Of a DNA stretch of 64,000 bases, positions 14,501 through 26,900 are shown one piece after another. The stretch lies in assembly GCA_001949185.1 (NCBI GenBank), contig BDGG01000016.1, positions 558,001-622,000 of the forward strand, given 5' to 3'. The translations under genes and the position numbers were made by a program. How positions within the stretch are numbered: position 1 is the first letter of the stretch; the number at the start of each line of letters is the position of its first letter. The notes under the pieces were generated by a model. It made no database searches. It was not told where the DNA came from and saw nothing but the letters and a program-made list of their open reading frames with translations. This DNA is from Ramazzottius varieornatus. Its lineage: Eukaryota; Animalia; Tardigrada.

Positions 14501-17500
14501 CGACTTTCACAATAGTTCGATGGCATTAATGGGCGATTGATGGTGTTGACGAGATGGGTATTGTTGTCCTGCTTCATATTAAGGTGGTGCACTCAACTCT
14601 ACCAGCACTCCTCCATTCGTGTGCGAAGCAATAGCGAAATGATGGCGATCTCAGTGGGAACAATTGACCGTGTTGATTTTATGACATTTTTATGGAAATT
14701 GGGCGCCATGTTCTCTACGATGAATGCTTATGGAGCTTAGTACCTCGAGATGTTCACCGGTTTGTGTTCTGAAACTCTGTAAACATCACTGCGCCGGAAT
14801 GTTATAGTTTTCTTCCAGGACCTAGGTACTGCCTTGTTTTTTCGTCCCGATTTTTCCACATTCAACCTGAAGAATTTCACAATCGACAAAATCTGAAAAG
14901 GGACAAGTCTCTGCACCATCCCGTTATAGAATCGACAGTTCGTAACAGGGTGGAAAATGGTGCCGAAAACAGCCATCCTATACTAGAATTCTACCGCTGC
15001 TTTCTGTTGCAGTTTCAGGTAAGCTATTTGGAAGCAAGAAGACGAAAATGGGCCACGTTACCGTCGACGGAGTTCCTAACCCATCACAGTCCGCTAAATC
15101 TTCTCGAGGTTTCCCGGACGATATCAGCAGCATCAGTAGTTCCTGTGCGGTCAGTCTCTGTGAGCCAGACTCTTCGGCAGTGGCAGGAGACAACAGCAGT
15201 GTCTGCACATTCTCCACTCGGCCATCGTCCATCACATCGGCCACTAAGCCCAGTCGCTCCTGGCCGAAGCGTTTCTCATTGGGCGGTGATGAGCAGCAGT
15301 CCTTCTCCACCTCCACTCACCAAGCTCCTTCGGTCGCACATAGCCAGGCATCGGCGGACAAATCTGGCAAGTCGGTGGTCATCAAGTCGTATTCGATGGA
15401 ACGTTACGTAGTAGGGACAGCGCCCATCCATGTCACAGAGCGGACTGCAGTGACGTCACTGCAGACCGAAACTGCAGCGGCACCCGTTTCTAACTCGCCC
15501 CAAAGCGCCACGGTCTTACCTACATTTGCAGACAATTTCGAGAAGAAAGTCAAAATGCCATGGGCGCGGTTGTTCTCCAAGAAGAAAGACAAGAAGGGTA
15601 AGGAAGGCCGGTTGATGCCAAACGTGGAGCGCGCCGAAAGCGAAGAGAGACAGTTGCCGACTATTCCATCGGATCAAGAAATTGATCAGGCCACCCCGAG
15701 TTCTGCGAGTGACATGGGGGGTGGCACCGCCCAGATCAGCGTGGACATTCAAACCGTCACAACCGAAACTCGACCACAACCGTTGAAGAAGGATGCTCGG
15801 TCATCAGAGTCTTCGAATGATCCATGCTCGCCAGACTCGCTGGCTGATTCGATGGAGGATTCACTGGACAACTACCCGTTCAGCTTTGTTCATAAAGAAG
15901 CGCCAGTTCGCTACATTGCCACTTCGGTCACACAGGATATGCTGGGCGAGATCGAGTACATACAGACAGAGGACAGTGTGCCCAGCCCAGTGGTGGACGA
16001 AGGAGAAGGCCATTCCAGTGGGGTCTCCAGCGCCACTCCGGAGCCGGTCTACTTGGACGAGCTGCGACTGCGAATCAGTCAGCGACTACAACAGGTCCGT
16101 CAACTTCAAATGGCAAACGACCCCATGGAGAAACCCAAGCCATATTTGCGGGCCAGAAACGTCAAGGAAGAAAAGACCACCAAGCCCAAAGTCGGCAGAA
16201 CCGAAAAACCGGCCGCCGCCGAACGCGTCACCTCACGAATTACGGTAAGATTGATAGAATCCAAACAATCCAATTAACAGTCGTGTAGAGTCATTGACGG
16301 AGTGGTTTTCATTGCAGACTCAGCAGACAGCAACAACGGATCCTTCACAGCAAGCAGCTCCAATCTACGCTTCTACGAAACCTCGAGCCAGTTCGCTGAG
16401 TCGAAAGGATCAACCTCAGCCAGCCGGAGAACAGGCCACAGTTGCTCGGCACGAAGTATCAACTGAGAAGCCCGAGACATCATTCGTCGGGAAAGAAGTG
16501 GGAAAGGATGCGAAGGAGAAGGCAACTGCGCGAGGTCGACGAGGAAGTCAACCAGTCGAAACATCAAGTACCGCTCTCCATACCACCGCTACCCGCGCCA
16601 AATCCGCGCCCAAACCTTCAATCAAGAAGCCAATAGTATCAACCACACCAACGACCATGGATTCAAAACTGCGCTTCCCGCTTCGAACACAACCCGCAAA
16701 GAAATCTACGGAAGCTAACGATGGAAATGCCCAACAGAAGAAAACTCAGCTGAGCCGGGCGTCCAGTCGAACAACCCTGAATCACATCCCCTCCCAGTCC
16801 ACCCTTTCCAGTCGAAGTAAGGAGACCAAGGCCACCGACAAGAAACCCGGCCGGCCCAATGTGCACAAACCGGCAAAGAAGACACTGGTACTGACCAACA
16901 CTCCCATGTCACGGCAAACAGTAAACCGACGGAGCAGTCGCAAGAAGAAGGCCGCCAAGAACCCAGCTAGCAAGGCATCGCAACGAATGGATTTCACTCA
17001 CATGCCGGTATCCCAGAATCAATCGAATCTCCGCCATTGCCGCTCAGCCAGCCGGGATTCCATTAGTGGTAGTCTGGGAGACTTTATGATGAGCGAAAGC
17101 GAGGAGCGGGAGAAGGAGGACGTGGAGGTGGAGGGTGGCAACGACGAGGAGAGCATCGGCGAAGAGGGAGTTCGTGTTGGTACGGCTTCTTTGCAGCGCA
17201 AGCAGCACTTCTCCAGCTTGATCAACACACCATCGGGTATTAGTGTCATCGAGGAAGATGTGCCACATCGTTTGCCGTTACCACTCTTGCCACCCTTACT
17301 ACAAACGAACGTGGGCAGAAAGGAGTCGGCTTCTTCGGGTGGACCTAAGTGGACGAAAGAGTGCGCATCCATTTTGAACCATCACAAGTACGATGTCGAG
17401 ACCTTGTTCTATGTCTGGGTATCATTCATATACCACAACAGCGTCGACCGAAGTTTCTCAGTTCTGGTACTGAAGTCTAACACTGTTTTGTAGGTGGTTC

Positions 17501-17863
17501 AATGCGGACTCTTCCACCTTGGAAAGTGAAGCTTTGGAACAGCCACCCCGTCTTGCAGGGTACGACAACTGTTGAACATACGCGAGTCAAGTTAACCGAG
17601 CCAATGACTGATGTACCTTTTGCAGGAGGCTACTGTGGTCGGAGAGCGGCTTTCGGGTGGTTGAGTTGCGGAATCCGTGCGGTGAAGTTCTCCATCACTG
17701 GAGCTTCACGGAGGAGCAAACTTGCAAGAGCTTTAAGTTGCCTATACAAACATTATCCGCTCGTACGTCAGAGAACCCCATTGCTTCAAAATATACGGTT
17801 GTGGCCGTTGATGCCAATGGAAACCTGCTGAACCGGACAGTCCGAGGGGAGCTTCTCTGCTGA
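8570..17863 (+). CDS. Putative zinc metallopeptidase, YIL108W-like family; exons 8570-8836, 8957-9506, 9620-9743, 10621-10882, 12512-12728, ~15019-16244, 16318-17387, 17494-17559, 17626-17863
   Basis: Family motifs YIVCADGDGSFQA, ALLQSATA, GHVALGG, LALYGTGCLYTWP, DDSAYRG..WAC...LGAAWHELGHTFDLGH and the C-terminal WTKECASILNHHKWFN...GFRVVELR...HHWSF...DANGN. All junctions are phase-compatible; the middle exons are less certain. Confidence 0.8.
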
Positions 17864-17908
17864 AAGCAATCTCCCCTACAATCCAATCATATTTTTTCTA
17901 GGCTCTTC

Positions 17909-17909
<1 letters not shown>

Positions 17910-17939
<30 letters not shown>

Positions 17940-18028
17940 CATACATACATACATACATACATACATACATACATACATACATACATACATACATACATAC
18001 ATACATACATACATACATGCATACATAC
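17910..18028. repeat. (TACA)n tetranucleotide microsatellite, about 27 perfect units plus a short imperfect tail
   Basis: Directly visible in the sequence. Confidence 0.98.
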
Positions 18029-19399
18029 CCTATATTTTTATTCTCAATGCCATCAGACTGTCTTCTGACCCAATATACACTTTGGCGACAGTAGTGACCA
18101 TAAACGTCTTGCAAAAAACAAACGACCTGACGAGTAAAAGCCCGAGGCAGGAGTGTCCGCCTGAGGAGATTTGTTCTCGTTGCAAAGAGTCTATTACATG
18201 ATGTCGGCAACACCAGCCTGCGGTGGTCAGGTGGTACTGGTTACCATTGATCAGTGCTGTACCATCATATGGTCACCGACAGCCTAGGTTATTCCTAATG
18301 TTGTTGTCCTAGTACTGAGACGAGAGTTTTTTCAGATTCACCACAGCTTTTGAACTGATTATCACACGGAACAGCACTAGGTGCGTTTTTCTCAAACACT
18401 TCAAGTACTGGTTGCTTGGTTATTCCGTTTGGATGAGATGGCTAATTTCGCCGTACATAGTCAGGATTGCGTTGATAATTTCAACGCCCGTAAATATTAA
18501 GTCTTTCAATATGAATTGCCGTTTTTTTGGGATCGCACTTCTAAGCTTCGTCTGTGCGTCGTAATACGACTTTCGAAATTCGGCTGATGTGTAACTTGAA
18601 CAACAAAGTCTCCTTGTTTTTTTACCACCCAATTCGTCTCACAGCGTCGAACGGCGAAGGTAGAAAAAACATTCAGAATGATAATGACACATTTCAAACC
18701 AGGCCTTTTCACGAATTTTTCTCAAACCGCCAGCTACACTGCCGCACTAGCGGCAGGCACGTTTTGGGGCAGAGGCTTTGAGCTATCAGTAGCAGAAAAG
18801 AAAGCTAGGTGAAAGGCCTTTGAGATTTCGCAAAGAAAAGAAATGGCGGAAAACGGGGTGGTTTTTCTGCCGACAACAACGTGCGCCACCTTAGGAAGGC
18901 TTCCTTCTCTTCGGCTATATTCTGCATGGATATAGTTAACGATACTTTTGGTGGACGCGCCAAAGCGTCCACAGTCAATTTGTAGAGTCTGAGTAAATCT
19001 GCTCTCTGCCTGGATTAGGAAAATGTTTTCTGTTGACAAGGTTGAGTTTTTACAGCACTCTTTCTCCTCTGTACGTTTTCCGAACAAGACTTGTTCTGTC
19101 AAAACTGAAACGGGAGATCGATAGCACCCATACCGTAGGACGTTACGACATAGGGTACGGGTTTTTGAAAACGCCTGGTGTCGACAAATCAATTCTTTCA
19201 ACGAGCATGTCACAACGTTCAAAATTTTACCGCGGACTAAAAGGGCTCCAGAATTTAGGTACGAGGCTGAAGGGGAGCTTCCTCATGCTCAAACGAAAAA
19301 ACACACCGTCCACAATGTTCGGCAAGGAAAGCGAATCATACAATTGCTTCTGAGTAGAGACAGAAAGTTTCGAAATGGGAGTTCGTAAAACGCAAATTT

Positions 19400-19859
19400 C
19401 ATACTGAAAGACCTGATATCTGGAAAAGTTCTGAGATGTGGGCAGCTTGAACCATACCGCTGCTTTCTGTTTGCAAACCTCACCGAATTTTTCAGGCCTG
19501 TGACGAAGGGAATGGACGACTATTGGACATAGGTACAGTCCTTCCACAGCAAATCTTATCCCTGCTGCTGTGGATGTCCTAACCAGTTCGTTTGTGATGA
19601 GCGTGGTGGCGAAAGATGGGGCTGATGTTCGTGTTCTGATCGGCCGTATCACTCCATACCTCAAGAGCGCTGGAACTCACATCCTCGGCGACTGTATAAA
19701 CTCGCGTCCTATAACCTTGATGGAACTCATTTTCCCATCTGTACACTCTCCGAAGACGACGTTATCCAGGCGCTAGAAAGCAATGGATTCACCCTATTTC
19801 AAAAGATTCGTGCCGGCGACGTCAACGTTGGAGATCTTCTCATCATCAACGCCCAGTAA
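19400..19859 (+). pseudogene. NNMT/PNMT/INMT-like SAM methyltransferase relic
   Basis: PAAVDVLTSSFVMSVVAKDGADVRVLIGRITPYLKSAGTHILGDCIN /frameshift ~19703/ ASYNLDGTHFPICTLSEDDVIQALESNGFTLFQKIRAGDVNVGDLLIINAQ* parallels the C-terminal half of NNMT. A frameshifted GKVL/DVGS motif I lies near 19420-19445. Confidence 0.55.
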
Positions 19860-19899
19860 TCCACATGAGCGAGATTTTAAGTTGAAGGAGGCTTGTTTA

Positions 19900-20260
19900 T
19901 TGCGCAGGATGTCCATACTTTTTGGTTGCGTTGCGCTGCCTCACCCTAATCATCATCATCAACGAGTTCTTTCCAGCCAGCTTTGCTACCAAGCGGAACT
20001 CTGGTGGCGCCCACGTCTATCCGGGACTGTGCCTGCACATGGCCTCAGTAAATTTCCGTTAAAGGGATAATGTGTCTAGTTCGGAAGGGAACTTTGCGAC
20101 GAAAGTATTCTTCGGGGGAAGAGCTTTTCGAGGAAGAAAGTCTGAGCCCAGAGATGTCTGAGGGCGTGGTTTCTCCGTGGAAGCTTGTGATTTTTAAATG
20201 CAAAATGCTTTCGGGGCCGATGTTTTTGATTGGGTTATCTCGGGGGAAGAGCGTGTAGGG
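19900..20260 (+). pseudogene. Decayed paralogue (C-terminal half) of the adjacent GT32-like gene
   Basis: FGCVALPH...QRVL...YQAELW...SGTVP...DNV...FGADVFDWVISG versus FGCREPH...QLVL...YHSSCW...IGIIP...HNV...LGDVFRWILKG; contains stops and frameshifts. Confidence 0.45.
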
Positions 20261-20694
20261 AAAGTCGCGTTCAGGGCTCCATGACCGTTACCTAATGAAC
20301 AGTAACCAAAGGTTAACGCGAACGACATCCGGATCGACCATACCGGGGGTCTTGCGGGACATGTGTCCTCAGCAAAACAGTCTTGTTTCCGATCAGTCGT
20401 CAGGTACCGATCAGGCTTGGTCAGAAGCAGCTGTAAAAGCAGCGGCAAAGTACTGAATTTGCTGACGTTGTCTGATTGCTCCGGCTTGGTCCGAAAAGCC
20501 GAAGGCGAACAACTTGTCTCGTGCTTTTGATCGAGCTTGAAATGGAGCAAAAACGGACGCCTGATCTTAACAGAAACGCCGTTAACGCAGCTTTCCTTCT
20601 TAACGCAAGTTTTCAGGCTGGTCCCATCCAGATGTGAAGATCCACAAAGGTTTCTATTCCCGAAATTCTGGGAAATCTTGGACAAGACCTCAAT

Positions 20695-21726
20695 ATGATC
20701 ATCGGAAAATATGCAATGAGATGGCTTCTCATCTCGATGATCGGACTTGTCTGCATCTGCTTTGTTGTACAACTCTTACTCAGCGAATCTTTCACCTGTA
20801 GGCAAGTATTGGTTGATTTCAAGTCTTCACTATTTTCATTTCAGAAATCCGCAGCGGAAACGTTGAGTTCTGATTCGGGCGCACTTAGTGCTGAGTTCCA
20901 GCCAAATCTTATTGTGCACTATGTCCGATACTACAATGTCTCGACGCCCACCAAGGAAGACAACTCGCTTGGCCTGCTTGACTGTCTTGGACTGTATTCC
21001 GTCATTCTGAATCTTGAGCCCGATGTCATTTACGTGCACACCAACGTTCCTTCGTTCTGGCCATTTGACCGCTGCGAAACCACGATGAACGTGACGATAC
21101 GTTGGCCGCATGTGGAGCTTATCTACGCGCCGTACGAGTATGTCGCTAATGGCCAGCGTATCGGCTGGATTACACACGAAGCTGACATTCGAAAAATGAC
21201 AGTTGTGGAAAAGTACGGCGGACTAACTCTTGATTTTGACGTATACATCATTAGCGGAATAAAGGTTCGTCACTTACTAGCCGATAATCCTTGCATCATA
21301 TGCTACGAAGCCATAGGCAACACCATGACGGATGCCGATGATGCAGTCAACGTTGGTTTCTTTGGTTGCCGCGAACCGCACTCAACTTTCCCACAACTTG
21401 TGCTGGAGGAATCGTACAAGAAGAATTACCATTCGAGCTGCTGGCTATGCAACATTGGAATCATTCCGATGAAAATTTTGAGAAACCATACGGAGGCAGC
21501 CGTGCTGGTGCACAATGTCTGTGACACGCCAAGCTGGATAGACAGGAACGATTTTAATGAAGACAGAGGAGTATTCAGTTGGAAAGAGAAACCTGCTTTT
21601 CATTCCTTTTTTCATAACAGTACCTTCAGTTTGGACGATGTGATGAAACTGGATTCCGATCTTGGTGATGTGTTTCGCTGGATTTTGAAAGGCAGTCCGG
21701 CACATCTAGTCGGGGAATTGAATTAA
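20695..21726 (+). CDS. Intronless type II membrane glycosyltransferase, GT32 / alpha-1,4-GalT / OCH1-like (DxD)
   Basis: N-terminal signal anchor, PNLIVHYV, LYSVILNLEPDVIYVHTN, HEADIRK...EKYGGLTLDFDVY (the YGGxxxDxD signature). Confidence 0.85.
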   Translation: MIIGKYAMRWLLISMIGLVCICFVVQLLLSESFTCRQVLVDFKSSLFSFQKSAAETLSSDSGALSAEFQPNLIVHYVRYYNVSTPTKEDNSLGLLDCLGLYSVILNLEPDVIYVHTNVPSFWPFDRCETTMNVTIRWPHVELIYAPYEYVANGQRIGWITHEADIRKMTVVEKYGGLTLDFDVYIISGIKVRHLLADNPCIICYEAIGNTMTDADDAVNVGFFGCREPHSTFPQLVLEESYKKNYHSSCWLCNIGIIPMKILRNHTEAAVLVHNVCDTPSWIDRNDFNEDRGVFSWKEKPAFHSFFHNSTFSLDDVMKLDSDLGDVFRWILKGSPAHLVGELN

Positions 21727-21989
21727 AACGGCGCAGTTGCAGACTTCCGGGCACTCTTTCATTCGGTGTCAACTATCGGCAGAGAAACTTAAAAATGTCC
21801 CTTAAACAGTACGGTCCTACAGAAGTACAAAGTGTGTCTGAAGCACCAATCTGCGTTAGTGCCGGGAATAACGAAGGAACCAAAGATCTTACAACCTAGC
21901 TCCTCCACTGTGTAGCGATACATCCCTACCGGTTTTTCCATCTGCATTTCGGCTTTCTGCTGGGACTGCTTTCATCACACCGTACTGTA

Positions 21990-22570
21990 CTTTCTGAAAC
22001 TCCGAAGAATATTGCTTGCAAAATCCGAAAGGTGACACTGAAAGGAATGCGTAGCGGGCACTACAGATGGCGTTGAGTGGTTGTGGTAGAGTCGTCCGGT
22101 GATCGAGTAGAACAGCGCCATCTGGAGATACGAAGAACCCTGTATATGCATAATGGCGCAACAGTGGCGGTCACTTCCGTGTTGCACGTCGCAGCAGTGC
22201 GCCCACGCTGTACTACCTCGATGAGCAGAACTTCCGGCGCAGAACGCATGTCGTGTTTCAGGTTATATTTCGGGATGATTACCGTCGCCATGTCGGAACC
22301 ATTTGTCTTTCGAGAACGTCATTACGATGCGATCAGAAAGTTTCCTCGGAGAAACTTGACATTTGTTATTCTATATCTGTGCGGTACGTCAACAACGTGT
22401 ATCAAGTAACGGTGCGACCTGCCAAGAAGAGCATAGATACGCTTGGAAGAACGACCTCCCAGATCTTCACTTTGGCAAAGTGACGTTATTTATGAGGGGC
22501 AGATCTTGGACGAGCAATGTGGCCGGCTGTCGCGCTGAGCAGCCACGTGTAAAGCGGAAAGTATAAATCT
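21990..22570 (+). pseudogene. Decayed GT32-like paralogue
   Basis: Collinear fragments in shifting frames: HNGATVAVTSVLHVAAVR ~ ANGQRIGWITHEADIR, YVNNV ~ LVHNV, RYAWKNDLPDLHF ~ VFSWKEKPAFHSF. Confidence 0.4.
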
Positions 22571-23249
22571 TGTTTGCAAACAATTAATTTTCTGATGTGG
22601 AACGCAATATGAGAGAGAGCAAGCGGCCTATGCTCGGCGTCAAGTACAATTATGTGCATGGAAATCGGGACCTAATAATAGCACTCTGCAAATCCTTCGT
22701 CCGCGTCACAAAATAGCTACAGAACATTAGCAACCGCAATATATCTTAATAGCTGACCGCGCTGCGCTGTATCGCAACCATCTCACTTTTCAAATATTCC
22801 GGTCAGCAAATAAAAATGGCCCACCAAAGGCTGACAGAGCAGAACGGAGCTGTATAGTTTTCCCACACAATATGCGTAAAAAGGCCGCACGTGAAGAAAA
22901 TATACCACACGAAGCTATTCTTTCAAAAAGAATGGTATAATTTTATTAAAAATGATAAGTGCCGTTTTTACGGCTTGGAATATTTTTGTGTTCGCTTTTG
23001 ACATCGTTTGTGATGTTTTGAAGTTTTACAAGTCATTTCTTTTGACGAGGAGGAGATTACGGTAGTGTAAACAGGACACGCCGCTGTTGGAGATGATTAG
23101 CGAAATTCCGGTACATGTACGCGAAGCTCTTGTTGAGCAGAATGCAAAAGTATGTCAGGACCATTTTTCATTTTTAACGACGTATGCGAGTCATATGCAG
23201 TGCCAGGGAAGATAACAGTGATAAAGGAAGGGCGCCGATTTGGCTGGTG

Positions 23250-23945
23250 TGCGTAAAAGCATCTCTTCCTTATCACGCTCATAACGCGATAAGCCTTGGG
23301 GGGCTTTTCCACTAAAGGCTCTTCACGTGCTAACATTTCGATCGAGAGTGTTATCACAACGATACTCTTCGCATTTATGAGCAATAATTTCCCGTCCACC
23401 TTGAAACAAAAGCTGTAAGGAAGGTGAACGATCTCGTTTCAAAACGCAAAAACTGCAGGCGTTCTTGCAGCAATCCTGCCTGCTCTTTGCGAGCGCGACA
23501 TGTTTTCCGTATCGCCAGGGTTCGTTCTCACGCGCTCGCCCTTACGAGGAACCCTTATTACGTTGTGCCACTTCCTTGTTACAAAAAGTTACTTTTCTCC
23601 GGGAACACAGCCAGGTTCTTCTCCTTAACTTAGTGGTAGAAGAATGGAAATATTTATGAAAGTTCTGCATGGTACAGGTGAACTCTATTGGACTTTTTCC
23701 TACGATGGTTCCAAGACAACATCAAGAAGCGTCTGTTGAGGATGAGCTGCGAATCTCTAGGGAAATCCGCAAAGATGGGAAGAGCCGTCTTCGTAAGGAC
23801 GATATTTCTATTTTCCATTGAGCACTTGAAGAAGTTATGGAGCTTCATGCAGTACTCGTACTTTAGGCATGAGTCAACTGACCATCAACTTGAGTTTGTG
23901 CAGCCACCAAAAGGCAACTGTGACATGGTACTTAAAGTGAAGTAA
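23250..23945 (+). pseudogene. Decayed GT32-like paralogue
   Basis: RVRSHALALTRNP ~ KVRHLLADNP, LREHSQVLLLNLVVEE ~ CREPHSTFPQLVLEE, IYESSAW ~ NYHSSCW, IGLFPTMVPRQHQEASV ~ IGIIPMKILRNHTEAAV, FSIEHLKKL ~ FSLDDVMKL; multiple frameshifts. Confidence 0.6.
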
Positions 23946-26900
23946 GCTCTGTCGCGATTATCGATACCCCGCAAAAGGCAAGCTGGAGACCTGACAAAAA
24001 CGCCTTACTTTCAAAACCACATATAAAATTCAACAGTTTCATAAGGCTTATGTTGAATTAAGCGATATCCCCTCAAGAGCGGCATTTGCCTCTAACCCAA
24101 AGCCTGTCCATTTGCGCGGTTATGAACAGGGCAAACACGACACATGAATCAACATATTGACAGAGAAAAATGCTTATCATCACGCGAGCTGCTCATGCAA
24201 GCAATCACACCACCATTCAGTCCACAAAAGAACAACACGATGCGCAATGGCTCCTTCGCTGATCTTCTTCCCGGTCTGCCGAGATCGCCAGTTTAAGCAG
24301 CGTAAATCCAGCAACACTTTCCACTTGAATAATCAAGCGCGCAAAAGGCCAAAACCTGTCGGGCTAGCAGCGTCAGGTTCCTGACTTTGCGCTCTAGCAG
24401 GCCGAAAAAAGCGTCGATCAACGACGTAATCGTAAACAACAAAAAATGAACACATGCGTATTTTTTTGCCGAACTCTCCCCCGATTGCATGCGTAACCTA
24501 ACTTTGGACTATCGAGCTTCCTGCTTGCCAAGCTGTTGTCGATTATAGACTACGCCTTTTTTTCTACCACACATGTGCTGGGTTTCGTGCTTGCTACAGT
24601 GTATTATGGTGGTAATGGTGCTATATCCACCCCCTCCCAAGCACAGACACATCTGACTGCACTTGTCATTTGTAACCGGAAATGTGCGCCAGAAAAACTT
24701 CCAGCAGTGTACGTAAGCAGAGGCTTAAGCAAAAAAGCGCCAACAGATAAGGTGTTGCTCATTGGTGAATACTTTGACATATCACGCACTAAGGGACTGT
24801 CATGGACATCGATACTCAAAACTTCGAAAAATCTATCACGATACAATACTTTACTAAAATGTTCGTCGGCAAATTCAGCCAGATCGTTTCCCCAAGCTGC
24901 GCACGCTCTCAACCACCACAATGCACTGATGCGCCACTTGGGATGGCGACCTGGGTGAAACCATCAAATTTTGCCGACGACCCACGAGTGGTGTTTTTTT
25001 TAACGACCGGAAATGAGACCTTGGAAAATAAACTTTCTCATTTTTTCGGTCGCTTTAATAAGGTCCTATAATCCGTTCATTGAAAATTATGAATCGAAAG
25101 TTATTGGTTCGGAAAATCCGATAACGAGAATATGACCGCTTAGTGACTGATTGCCAGCGAATAAAAGATTGATTTATTCTGGACAGTTCTAGGTTTCAGC
25201 GATAAGATACCCTTGTCCGTTCTATCAGAACGTCCCATGCGTCAGTATACGCAGCCGGCTCTTCTTGAAAGTGCGAACATGCAAGGTTTTTACTCTGCGT
25301 TATTATCACTTGCGAACTTTGAACAGGAACCGGTTTTACGATTTAGGCTCATAAAAGAGGGATCAGACGGCTGTTTTTAGGGAAGGGCCATATCTGTGCG
25401 AGGCATTGTTCAGCGGAAGGCAGGGGAAAATATTGTCGTTTCCTAAACCGGTTAGTAGTCCAAGAACTGGCGAGCCAAGTTATTTTGTCGTCGTGCGGTT
25501 AGAACGAAGCACCCAAGCAATCATCGAAGATGCCGTCAAGGGCAAATAGCGCATGTTTGGATTGTCGGACGACATGGCTCTCTGTATATACGCAATAGTG
25601 ATGATCCAGCACACCACATAATGATATGGCGATTGAGCTGCTTTTTTGTGATTATTATTCAATAATACATTGTACAAACAGTTTCACAACACGAGACGAT
25701 TGCCGGCCCAACGAATATTCTTCCAACGCCGTCGGCAATTGTCACTTTTTCCGTGCTCAGCTGATTTTTGCCGGCTTGAAGTATCATTGCAGCAGTACAA
25801 GAAAGTCAAAGCTAAACATAGCCCTCATGCAGTATGTTTAATTCCGATTATGATTACATCTGTCATTGGCGGAGCCAGTAAATTGCTCATTGCTGTTACC
25901 TTACCCATGGTTATCGATTGTTATAATTTGGCAACAAATCTTCACTTTACGACCCACTCTGACGGTCTCACCCGGCTGCACCTGCTGACCGTTCCCAGCA
26001 TGACGCCCAGCTGATTCGTGCGAATATGGTGGCACGCTGGTCAGCTGGCCAACTCACCTGAAAACAGGCTTGGCGAAATGCGTGGGTGTTACGCATACGA
26101 ATTTCCTTGTCTCCATTGGGCATTGGCCAGTGTGACAACACTTTCCGGTATGCGCTACTCCTACTACGCCGGCATACTGCAACTCGTGTGCTGCCCAGTT
26201 CCGTAATTTACCCAGTCAGATTCTGTCTCATTTCAAGCATTTGCTTCTAATGTTCGCCTGGGATGGATCTTCTTGAAGTGCGGCTGCCGAAAATTTCTAC
26301 AAATTTTCTACGTACAAATTTGGCGACACTGGTTTTCGGTTTTTCGGATTAGTTCCGTCTCAATTTTTTAGGAGACGTTTCCGAGTTCTGTCAAGGTGTC
26401 TTTGGAGATTCCCTCACGTGCCAACATTTTCATAATTTTATGAGCATAATAAACAGAGAGCCATCAGCTGTGAGTTACGCGCACGTTTGCCTCGTAATCT
26501 TGTAAGCCAGTCGCAAAGACGTCAATATTATGGCGGTGAAGATTGAGGCACTTTTCTTTTCTCAACGCTATCCACTGCCAGGTTCGACAAAGAGAAACAA
26601 CTCCCTTCAAGGAGCGCTTTCTCCCGTTTACGCAATTCGGCTCTTAAACTTTGCCACAGACGAGGGAAAAGCTCGTTAATGGTTTCTCTGCGGATGCCGG
26701 GCCGGATGAATTCATCGGGGAAGAGAGAGCGGAAGGAGATCGTAAATGGCCGAGAATGAGATGAGGAAACCAGCCCTGTCAGTTAGCTCGTGGAATTTCA
26801 CTAGATTTCTATCCTACTGTGAAGTCTTCTAATTAAACCGAGGAATGGATAACCTGGGGGAGGAAGTGACAGTCGGCTTCTCAAATGACTCTCGTTTTCT

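Noticed and set aside
17887-18213. ORF with a YVCM repeat
   Set aside because: It is only the translation of the (TACA)n microsatellite.
24500-26300. Several 70-140-aa ORFs downstream of the GT array
   Set aside because: They show no recognisable motifs or consistent exon chain. They may be decayed sequence, but that is unsupported.
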